Under the pieces are notes generated by a model. The model was not told where the DNA came from and ran no database searches. It worked only from the letters and a program-made list of their open reading frames with translations. Of a DNA stretch of 64,000 nt, positions 18,738 through 26,950 are shown in pieces. The stretch spans positions 1,818 through 65,817 of the forward strand of contig CAZFDM010000126.1 in the NCBI GenBank assembly GCA_964517975.1, in the 5' to 3' direction. The first letter of the stretch is position 1; each line of letters begins with the position of its first letter. Source of the DNA: an uncultured Syntrophaceae bacterium. GTDB taxonomy: Bacteria; Desulfobacterota; BSN033; UBA1163. The position numbers were made by a program, and so were the translations under genes.

Positions 18738-20366
18738 CTATTCGATTTCTGAATCAAGTTCCTCTAATCTACGGTTTACTTCTTCCAATTTTCTCAACGA
18801 TCGGAGGTCAGGGACTCCTCTTCCTTTTGATTTTAAATGTCTCAACCTTCGGCGAAGCCTCTTGTAATTTCGGTCTAATTGATGGGAAAGGAGCATAAAG
18901 GTGTCCCAAGGGGATGGAACTTCTTCCTTCTCCTCTTGGGGGAAGGGTTCTTCCATTCCATCTCTTTCATATCCAAAAAGAGATCTTTTCTCCCTCCATT
19001 TGGGGAGGTTTGTTTTGAAAGGAAATTGCTCGTGGATTCGTTGAGCAAACTCCCTGGAAATCTTCTCTTCCCCATGGTTAATAAAGATCTCAAGTTGAGG
19101 GTTTTTAAAATGGGAGAGCCAATCGAGAAGCCCCTTCTGGTCTGCGTGAGCAGAAAACCCCCCCAGGGTATGAATATGGGCCTTGACCGCAATCTCCTCT
19201 CCGAGGAGTCTAACCATTTTTGCTCCATCGACGATTCTTCTACCCACTGTCCCTTCTGCCTGATAACCGATGAAAACAATATGGGAGGATTCTCGCCAGA
19301 GATGGTGCTTCAAGTGGTGTTTAATTCTTCCAGCCTCACACATTCCACTGGCAGAGATGATGATCCCTGGCCTTGGGTCTTCATTAATGGCTTTGGAGGC
19401 TTCAGTGGTTTGGGTGTAGAGGATTTCAGGAAATTCCAACGGATTTCCTCCCTCCAGTAAAAGGGTTTTCGTTTCCTCATCGAAACAATCAGGGTTTTTC
19501 TTAAAGATCTCTGTGGCAGAGATTGCGAGAGGACTATCGATATAAACCGGGATGGAAGGGATGGCGCCTTTTTTGATCAGTTGGCCAACGGTAAAAATTA
19601 TATTTTGGGTCCGCTCCACTGCAAAGGCAGGGATGATGACCTTTGCCTGTTCGCGGATTGCCTCCTGGATGATCGTTGATAATTCTTGAACGGTTTCTTC
19701 ATGCGATTTATGAGACCGATTCCCATAGGTCGATTCCAACCATACAAAATCCCCTTCTTCAATCAGGGCAGGGTCTTTAAGAAGAGGTTGACCCGTATTT
19801 CCTAAATCGCCAGAGAAGACCAATTTCTTCTCCTGGCCATTCTCCTTTACCCAGAGTTCAATGATGGCAGACCCTAAAATATGACCTGCATCTCGGAACC
19901 TTGCCTTCACCCCATCCCCTAAGGGGAACATTTCATCATAATGGATAGGATGAAAGAATCGAAGGCTCCGCTCCACATCCCTCATCGTATAGAGGGGAGT
20001 GGATTCATTTAGGCCAGACCTCTTGTTCTTCCGATTCCGCCATTCTGCTTCCATCTCATGGATATGTGCACTATCTTGAAGCATGATCTCGCAGAGGTCC
20101 AAAGTGGCTTTGGTACAGATCACCTTTCCACAAAACCCTTCTTTGACAAGTTTTGGAATGAGACCGCTGTGGTCAATATGAGCATGGGTGAGTAAGATAA
20201 AGGAGAGGTCTTGAGGGTGGTAGGAATGAACGTTGTGGTTTCTCTCTTCGAGTTCTTTGCCGCCCTGAAACATTCCACAATCAACAAGCCATTTCAGTGT
20301 CCCCTTTTCTAAAAGGGTCGCAGAACCCGTAACGGTTTGAACTCCGCCCAAGAATTCAACTCTCAT
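18738..20366 (-). CDS. MBL-fold beta-CASP ribonuclease (RNA-metabolising metallo-beta-lactamase)
   Basis: HAHIDHSG zinc motif, beta-CASP region, 542 aa with basic C-terminal tail. Confidence 0.8.
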   Translation of the reverse strand: MRVEFLGGVQTVTGSATLLEKGTLKWLVDCGMFQGGKELEERNHNVHSYHPQDLSFILLTHAHIDHSGLIPKLVKEGFCGKVICTKATLDLCEIMLQDSAHIHEMEAEWRNRKNKRSGLNESTPLYTMRDVERSLRFFHPIHYDEMFPLGDGVKARFRDAGHILGSAIIELWVKENGQEKKLVFSGDLGNTGQPLLKDPALIEEGDFVWLESTYGNRSHKSHEETVQELSTIIQEAIREQAKVIIPAFAVERTQNIIFTVGQLIKKGAIPSIPVYIDSPLAISATEIFKKNPDCFDEETKTLLLEGGNPLEFPEILYTQTTEASKAINEDPRPGIIISASGMCEAGRIKHHLKHHLWRESSHIVFIGYQAEGTVGRRIVDGAKMVRLLGEEIAVKAHIHTLGGFSAHADQKGLLDWLSHFKNPQLEIFINHGEEKISREFAQRIHEQFPFKTNLPKWREKRSLFGYERDGMEEPFPQEEKEEVPSPWDTFMLLSHQLDRNYKRLRRRLRHLKSKGRGVPDLRSLRKLEEVNRRLEELDSEIE

Positions 20367-20524
20367 GTTGAGAATCCTTTAAATTGAAACTCGATGCACA
20401 TCGCGCTAAGGTGTAGGATTGACTTTAAATTACTTTTTTCCTAATATAAAATTCTTAATTTATCAATAAAATTAATCGATGACTCATCATCCACCATTCA
20501 CAAACCAAGAGAATAGGAGGAACC

Positions 20525-21178
20525 ATGATTGATAGACAGTATGTGATTGATGAAATTACGATCAAGGATTCTTGGAGGATGTTTCGAATCATGGCCGAAT
20601 TCGTTGAAGGGTTTGAAACCCTTGCTAAATACCACCCGGCGGTAAGCGTCTTTGGTTCAACGCGGGCCAAACCCCAAGATGAAATTTATCAGATAGCCGA
20701 GCAGATCGGCAGGCTTTTGGCTCAAAATGGTTTTGCAGTGATCACGGGTGGTGGTCCGGGTGTCATGGAGGCTGCCAATAAAGGGGCTTCGTCGGTAGGG
20801 GGAAAATCGATTGGCTTAAATATAGAACTCCCTCTTGAGCAGAAACCCAATACCTATACAAACGTTACCCTTAGTTTTCGGTACTTCTTTGTCCGGAAGG
20901 TGATGTTTGTCAAATATGCGGTGGCCTATATTATCCTTCCTGGCGGATTTGGAACAATGGACGAACTTCTCGAATCTGTAACTCTCATTCAGACCCACAA
21001 GATTAAACCCTTTCCTGTGATTTTGGTAGGGTCTAACTACTGGAGAGGTTTTTTGGAATGGCTTAGAGAGGTTGTGCTCAAGGAGGGAAAGATTTCCCCC
21101 TCCGATTTTGAAATCCTCCGACTCATTGACGAGCCTGAAGAGGTTGTCAAAACAATCAAAAAGACCATTATCCTATAA
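20525..21178 (+). CDS. LOG-family (TIGR00730) cytokinin riboside 5'-monophosphate phosphoribohydrolase-like protein
   Basis: GGGPGVMEAAN and PGGFGTMDEL motifs. Confidence 0.85.
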   Translation: MIDRQYVIDEITIKDSWRMFRIMAEFVEGFETLAKYHPAVSVFGSTRAKPQDEIYQIAEQIGRLLAQNGFAVITGGGPGVMEAANKGASSVGGKSIGLNIELPLEQKPNTYTNVTLSFRYFFVRKVMFVKYAVAYIILPGGFGTMDELLESVTLIQTHKIKPFPVILVGSNYWRGFLEWLREVVLKEGKISPSDFEILRLIDEPEEVVKTIKKTIIL

Positions 21179-21262
21179 CTAAAAAGTAAAAAGGGGACAG
21201 ATTACTTTTGTTCCCTCGTTGGGAAGGAGTATAAAAAAACTACCTGTTTAAAAGAATTTGTA

Positions 21263-21365
21263 GGCTAACCCTTTTGGGTTACCTTTATTGAGGTAAGGGA
21301 AAAGACCTTACCCTATACATTGAATGATAAAAATTTTTTTGTAGGGTAAGCCCTTGTGGCTTACC
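21263..21365. repeat. three related REP-like palindromic hairpins in convergent intergenic region
   Basis: 21263..21284 taaccc-tttt-gggtta; 21292..21312 ggtaagg-gaaaaga-ccttacc; 21345..21365 ggtaagcc-cttgt-ggcttacc; shared GGTAASC core and shared tttgtagg lead-in for first and third. Confidence 0.55.
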
Positions 21366-21453
21366 ATTTCAGGGAAAAGATCAAACATCTCCTGAAATCT
21401 CCTGCCAAACTCAGTCGATTTAGATTTACCTCCGAACTACGAACTTATTAAGA

Positions 21454-22458
21454 TCAATTTCGAAAATGATGAACACCATCCACTACATAGTAGGTTAGGA
21501 GAGTAGTCAATTCAATTAATTTCTTTTCCTCCTCTTCGGGAAGATATCCCAACGTCTCATTCCGGCAGATGGCCTCCCACTGGCGAAGCCTTTTCCGAAC
21601 CGAGTGTTTATTTGAACCTGAGATCCAGAGGCTGACCTGTTCAGTAAGAGTTCTTGCATATTTCCGAATTAACTTCCAAGCGGGCAGAAGATTTTTCCAC
21701 CCATTTTGGGGCCTGGTAAAAAGTTCGTTCATATCTGTAAGATATTCCTGGAGCTCCTGATCTAAAATCTCTCCATCTAAACCCCACCATTCTGAAACCG
21801 TCTCCTCAATCTCTGTATAGGCTCCATCATGTTTTATCTCTAAATTCAGAGGTTCCTTCCCGGCTATCTCTTCCATGAGGTGGTCCACATAAGTGAGTTT
21901 CTCTAATGCGGTCGGCCAGTTTCGGTATTTGACTTCCCAATGAGATCTCGGATCAAGCCAGATGGCAAAGGTCTCCGCCCAATCCTCATCAGGATGTTTT
22001 TGGGCGTAGTGGGGATCTCCTAAGTAGTGAAGGTGGCGAACATAACTTTTTGACCAGGGGTTTACTCGGTAAAGATATCCATCTCGATACTTCTTATGGA
22101 AATCACCAAATATCTCTTTCCAGTCTTTCCGTTGCCAGAGTTTATAGGCATAGTTGACCGCATGACCTGTCTCATGACGAAGGGTCTTCAGAATCTCCTC
22201 TTTCGTAGGAGGATCCCCCTCAAGTTCTTTTAATTCTGGCATGGCCAAATAAAAAGGAATACTGACCGAGATCTTCTTATTGACGCATCCCCACTCATTC
22301 CCAAAATAGAAATCAGGCCAAAGAAGAATTTTTCTTGCCTTCAATTCTTTCTTTAGTCTTTTAAGAAGAGGCCCTATACTCTCCTCTACATTTAATTCCA
22401 AATCGGAAATCTTGGTCATTAAAAATTTTTGATAAAGAATCTCATCCATACGCCTCAA
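21454..22458 (-). CDS. HExxH zinc-metallopeptidase-like protein
   Basis: HETGHAVN motif plus downstream DEDWAETFA; 334 aa; family assignment tentative. Confidence 0.45.
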   Translation of the reverse strand: MRRMDEILYQKFLMTKISDLELNVEESIGPLLKRLKKELKARKILLWPDFYFGNEWGCVNKKISVSIPFYLAMPELKELEGDPPTKEEILKTLRHETGHAVNYAYKLWQRKDWKEIFGDFHKKYRDGYLYRVNPWSKSYVRHLHYLGDPHYAQKHPDEDWAETFAIWLDPRSHWEVKYRNWPTALEKLTYVDHLMEEIAGKEPLNLEIKHDGAYTEIEETVSEWWGLDGEILDQELQEYLTDMNELFTRPQNGWKNLLPAWKLIRKYARTLTEQVSLWISGSNKHSVRKRLRQWEAICRNETLGYLPEEEEKKLIELTTLLTYYVVDGVHHFRN

Positions 22459-22901
22459 CCTCCGATGATCTCAGCCCTGAAGTTGTATCAATTTTTTCGA
22501 TTGGTTAAAGGGAAAGAGTTCAAAATCCCTTGATAAGTTTTCGAGGGAGATAAGAAAATTAAAACCCCTTCAATGAAAAACTTATCAATGGAGAAAGAAA
22601 AACATAGACAAAAAACTAACCCCAATCAATAGTTAGGGTAATTTTTTTACAACTTCAGGTTTCAATAAATATAATATGCCCAAGGCTGAAGGTCAAAAAA
22701 ATTTTTTTCACAAGGTTATAATTTAAATCTTTATTTATTTTCAATAAGTTAGATAAGTATTAGTTTTGTTAAAAATTCAGGGTTTTAAAAAATTCTTCCC
22801 CTATTAATAACGCCCTCATCCTGTAAAAACAGTAAGTTTTATTGTAATATAAAGAGGAGGTCTAATATCATTTAAGAATAACTTTCAAAAGGAAGGTTTA
22901 A

Positions 22902-24374
22902 ATGGAAGTATATATCTCAGGCGTTGGAATGACCAGGTTTGGGAGATCAAAGGACTCGCTTGATAAAATGATGGCTGAGGCAGCAGGGTTGGCCTTAAAA
23001 GATGCTGGGTTGGAAAGAGTAGACGCCATCTATATTGGGGTCATGAATGTGGAGGAATTCGTAGGGGATTCAAATGTCGCAGCCCTTTTGACCGATACTC
23101 TTCATCTCACTGGCCTTCCTTCCACTCGTGTGGAAACCGCTTCTTCTACAGGGGCAGGAGCGTTTGAGGCCGCCTTTTATGCGGTTGCCTCAGGTTATAT
23201 GAAAGAGGTTCTGGTCCTTGCTGGGGAGAAGATGAGTCACCTTCCTACTCCCAAGGTCACCCAAATCCTCTCTGAAGTGATTGATCGCTCCGAAAGGAGA
23301 TATGGTGCAACCATGCCTGCATTGGCAGCACTGATCGCCCAAAGGTATGCCAAGCAGTACGGTCTCTCTCCCTCTTTGCTTGAAGACATTCTTTCCCATG
23401 TAGCTATCAAAAACCACTCCAATGGATTTCTCAATCCAAATGCCCAATTCAAAAAAAGGATTACCAAAGAGGACTATCTAAAGAGTCAGATGGTTTCCTT
23501 TCCTTTGCGGCTTTATGATTGTGCACCCATTTCGGATGGAGCAGCCGCGATGGTACTCACTTCAAAACCTACCCCCGTAATCGTTTCCGGAATTGGTCAT
23601 GCCACAGATACCATGGCAGTTAGACATCGTGCTTCCCTCACTTCGTTCAATTCAACCAAAGAGGCCGCCCGAAGGGCCTACAGCATGGCAAAGGTCAATC
23701 CTTCAGAAATTCAGTTTGCGGAGGTTCATGATGCCTTCACCCCTTTTGAGATCATCGGGACAGAGGATCTGGGTTTTTTCTCCCCCGGAGAGGGATGGAA
23801 GGCCTTAAAAGAAGGCTTAACTGAACTGAGAGGAAAACTACCCATCAATCCATCTGGTGGATTGAAATCAAGAGGACATCCTGTGGGAGCCTCTGGCCTT
23901 GCTCAACTCGTGGAGATTGTTTACCAACTAAGAGGGGAAGCAGGGAACGAAAGGCAACTGAAACGGGCAGAGGTTGGCTTGGCCCAAAGCACAGGAGGAT
24001 TGGGGAATAACAACTTCGTTACCATCCTTGAACGAACCGATCGAAAAAGGGTAAAGGTGGGAGGTTGGGAATTGGAATATCATCCGGAGACTCCTATCCC
24101 AGAAAAAACCTCTGAAGGCCCTCCTGTCGAAGGGATGGGGGCTCTCGAAACCTTTACCATCCTTCATTCCCCCCCCCAAGGATTTCTATCACCCCTGGCC
24201 CTTGCCTTTGTCAAAAGGGGAGATGGAAAGAGGGTGATGGCGTGCAATCCTAACTACCGATCTCCGAAGAAACTAAAGATAGGAAAAGTGGTTTTTTTAA
24301 GGGTTCAAGAAGGACTTTATGTCTTTGAAAAATTAACCTTCTGGAAACGCTTGAAGCACTGGCTTAAGAGGTAA
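22902..24374 (+). CDS. thiolase-domain protein fused to C-terminal DUF35-type OB-fold domain
   Basis: N-terminal 390 aa thiolase-like (SCP2/archaeal type: VETASSTGAGAF, CAPISDGAAAMVL, NPSGGL..GHPVGASG); last ~100 aa PPQGF..PLALAFV..G.RVMA pattern of DUF35. Confidence 0.65.
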   Translation: MEVYISGVGMTRFGRSKDSLDKMMAEAAGLALKDAGLERVDAIYIGVMNVEEFVGDSNVAALLTDTLHLTGLPSTRVETASSTGAGAFEAAFYAVASGYMKEVLVLAGEKMSHLPTPKVTQILSEVIDRSERRYGATMPALAALIAQRYAKQYGLSPSLLEDILSHVAIKNHSNGFLNPNAQFKKRITKEDYLKSQMVSFPLRLYDCAPISDGAAAMVLTSKPTPVIVSGIGHATDTMAVRHRASLTSFNSTKEAARRAYSMAKVNPSEIQFAEVHDAFTPFEIIGTEDLGFFSPGEGWKALKEGLTELRGKLPINPSGGLKSRGHPVGASGLAQLVEIVYQLRGEAGNERQLKRAEVGLAQSTGGLGNNNFVTILERTDRKRVKVGGWELEYHPETPIPEKTSEGPPVEGMGALETFTILHSPPQGFLSPLALAFVKRGDGKRVMACNPNYRSPKKLKIGKVVFLRVQEGLYVFEKLTFWKRLKHWLKR

Positions 24375-25392
24375 TGATTTGGGCCATCTGGCCTGCATAG
24401 ATGACAATATACCGCATGGCAAACCCACCGATGAGGACAGAGGTTGTGATCACGCCAGAAATCCAGGGGTTGTGCTCTCTCAATTCTCCATGCCAGATGT
24501 AATGAGGGATCAATTCGTAAACCTCCAAAGAAAGAGGAAGAAGAATACCTACCCCGACCACAAGGGTCCAGAAAAGAAGAGTAAACTCACCTCCCATAAT
24601 GAGATGAACCGCGGCCACTGAACTTCGGGGTGAAACGTATAAGCCCAGGATAAAAAGGAAGACAGCAATGATTGAAAAGACCATAAGGGTAAAATCAATG
24701 GAATGAATCATAAATTTATTCGTATTGATGTTCTCCCGGCTCATTCCCCGAAAACCTTTGACAAAGCATCCTACAAAACAGATGGCAGCCGAGCCGGTCA
24801 TCATTGCAGAGATTAAGAATAACATTGGGAGCATTGGATTATTCCAGAAGGGTCGGGCAGTGAGCGCCCCTAAAAGGACGCCGGTATAGATTCCAACTCC
24901 TATGGAGATAGGGATTCCAAACCCTGCAGTCAATCCCCGGATCGTAGTGAGGTTTTCTCCTCTGAACCGACTTAAAAATCGGTTTGATTGGATTCGAGGA
25001 ATAATTCTTAAATAATCAAATTTCTCAGGAAGCCAGAGATAGAAATGAGCGAAACTAAACAGGGAGAAAAAGAGAAGAAGCCAAGCCCCAAGAGACATGA
25101 CTGAATTGGGTTGGAAGGTAAGGAATAATTTCCAGAAAAGATGGGGTCTTTCAAGATCGTAGATCAAGGCAATGATCCCAACGAGGACTGGAAAGGGAGC
25201 AATATAGGCTCCAATCCTCGTCATGGTCTCGTATCGTTCGCGGCCAAGAAAATAGGCCGTTGCGGAGATAATGAAAGCTCCAGCGCTTAGGCCTGCTGCA
25301 AAGAGATCAATGGCTACAATCCAATTCCAGATGATATGTATCGTCCCTTCCACCTTAAACTCCTTAATAGCCTTTACGGGCACGCGACACAC
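24364..25392 (-). CDS. NrfD/PsrC-family polytopic membrane anchor of molybdoenzyme complex
   Basis: 342 aa, 8+ predicted TM segments, last gene of psr-like operon. Confidence 0.65.
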   Translation of the reverse strand: MCRVPVKAIKEFKVEGTIHIIWNWIVAIDLFAAGLSAGAFIISATAYFLGRERYETMTRIGAYIAPFPVLVGIIALIYDLERPHLFWKLFLTFQPNSVMSLGAWLLLFFSLFSFAHFYLWLPEKFDYLRIIPRIQSNRFLSRFRGENLTTIRGLTAGFGIPISIGVGIYTGVLLGALTARPFWNNPMLPMLFLISAMMTGSAAICFVGCFVKGFRGMSRENINTNKFMIHSIDFTLMVFSIIAVFLFILGLYVSPRSSVAAVHLIMGGEFTLLFWTLVVGVGILLPLSLEVYELIPHYIWHGELREHNPWISGVITTSVLIGGFAMRYIVIYAGQMAQIITS

Positions 25393-25456
25393 CTGCTCGC
25401 GCCCAGGGTCAGGGTTGCGCTTTCCTTCGATCCGTCGCCGACGAATCTTTCTAACT

Positions 25457-25714
25457 TCAGCCCCCTCCTATTTTGGGGACAAAGGAAGGATCTGCTTTCC
25501 CCATGGAGGCATCCCGATAGAGGGTAGGAGTATCCTTCCAATAACTTAACTCAATGGGTTCCTCTACTTTCTCTTGACCGCTTGTGAGATTCCAAAGGTT
25601 TTCCTGATTCCCAAATGCTTGAGATTTCTCCTTCTGCTTACATCCGATCAAAAGGAATAATCCTCCAAGAGTGAGGGCCTCAAATAACCTCTGGATAAAT
25701 TTCCTTCGTTCCAT
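25457..25714 (-). CDS. small Tat-signal lipoprotein candidate
   Basis: internal Met of track ORF 25457..25810 gives MERRKFIQRLF..LLIGC: twin-arginine motif plus lipobox; overlaps torD-like stop by 35 nt; purine-rich SD. Confidence 0.3.
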   Translation of the reverse strand: MERRKFIQRLFEALTLGGLFLLIGCKQKEKSQAFGNQENLWNLTSGQEKVEEPIELSYWKDTPTLYRDASMGKADPSFVPKIGGG

Positions 25715-26339
25715 CACTCCTCTTCTCCAATCTCTCTTTTTCTTTTTGGATGAAAAGATGAAGAACCTCCATGAGGCTCCAATAAAATGGATGGGCATTT
25801 GCCCTTTCACACGCTCCCTTAAGAAAAGGGATCCAATTGAGATGATCCTTTATAAACCTCTCAATGACTTCATCCCCTGCTCCTTGATAGAGATAAGCCA
25901 AAAACTCCAGTTCAATGATCAGATGATCCGGCATTCCCTTAAAGGAATCTGAGACCTCTATCCCCCATTGTTGAAAAAGGGTTGAAAGGTGAATGGCTGA
26001 ATCGCCCATCAGAAACCCCTTCTCTTTTGCAAAAGGAAGACAGCAATGAGGGTCTTGGGTCCAGGGCTTATAAAAAGACTCCACCAATGAAATTCTCTCC
26101 CCACCCGTATCGGAGAAGAGTCGGTAATACTCCTCCTTTAAATCCTTCAAAAGGATTTGGGAAGGCGATTCAGGCAAAAACCCTTTTAAACATCCGATCT
26201 CCCCTTCGAAAAATTGGACATAGGCCTTAAAAAAGGAATAGAGGTGACCTTGAGTTAACTGCTCCACCATTTCCTGATCCGGAGGGCAGAAAAGAGACGA
26301 AACGACTTTACAAAAAAAGGCTTTCTCTTTATGAGGCAT
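25680..26339 (-). CDS. TorD/DmsD-family molybdoenzyme maturation chaperone
   Basis: 219 aa, sits between psrB-like and membrane subunit, TorD-like helical pattern (EYYRLF, FLAYL). Confidence 0.6.
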   Translation of the reverse strand: MPHKEKAFFCKVVSSLFCPPDQEMVEQLTQGHLYSFFKAYVQFFEGEIGCLKGFLPESPSQILLKDLKEEYYRLFSDTGGERISLVESFYKPWTQDPHCCLPFAKEKGFLMGDSAIHLSTLFQQWGIEVSDSFKGMPDHLIIELEFLAYLYQGAGDEVIERFIKDHLNWIPFLKGACERANAHPFYWSLMEVLHLFIQKEKERLEKRSDGTKEIYPEVI

Positions 26340-26344
26340 TCCTG

Positions 26345-26884
26345 CTATCCCCTTTTATAGTAAATTCTTGGTTTGGTGTTGAGTTCTGCCTTAAACTGTT
26401 TCAACTTATGTTTAATAATGTATTGGGAGATCTCACTATTGGGATCATCCAGATCTCCAAACATCCTTACCCCGGTCATACAGGTCGTCACACATGCTGG
26501 CTTTTCACCCTTTTCAACAAACTCAATACAGAACCGACATTTTTCAATATAACCCTCTTTTTTAATGATTCGAACATTATAGGGACAGGCGGCAATACAA
26601 TACTTACAGCCGATGCATTTATTCTTATCTACCAAGACTACCCCGTCCTTCCTTTTGTGGGAGGCTCCAGTAGGACAAACTTTGACACAAGGAGGGTTAT
26701 CACAATGCTGACACTGGACAGGTAAGAATTCTCTTGTATAGTTGGGAAAACTTCCATATTCTCTTTCTTCGAGATGGTTATAGGCCTCCTTTTCTTCAAG
26801 GCTGTTCTGATTATGGCAGGCCACACGGCAAGCATGGCAACCCACACATTTTGTTTCATCAATCACCATTCCATATCGAGCCAT
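26345..26884 (-). CDS. 4Fe-4S ferredoxin-type subunit of molybdopterin oxidoreductase (PsrB/DmsB-like)
   Basis: four CxxCxxCxxxCP clusters in 179 aa. Confidence 0.85.
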   Translation of the reverse strand: MARYGMVIDETKCVGCHACRVACHNQNSLEEKEAYNHLEEREYGSFPNYTREFLPVQCQHCDNPPCVKVCPTGASHKRKDGVVLVDKNKCIGCKYCIAACPYNVRIIKKEGYIEKCRFCIEFVEKGEKPACVTTCMTGVRMFGDLDDPNSEISQYIIKHKLKQFKAELNTKPRIYYKRG

Positions 26885-26950
26885 AACTCACCAAATTTCA
26901 GATTGTGAATTTTAGAGTTAAATCTTATTTTTTAGGCTTTGCTCTATGCC

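Noticed and set aside
22459-22901. 443-bp very AT-rich non-coding region checked for a CRISPR array or tandem repeats
   Set aside because: No regularly spaced direct repeats. It lies between divergently transcribed genes and is most simply a shared promoter region.
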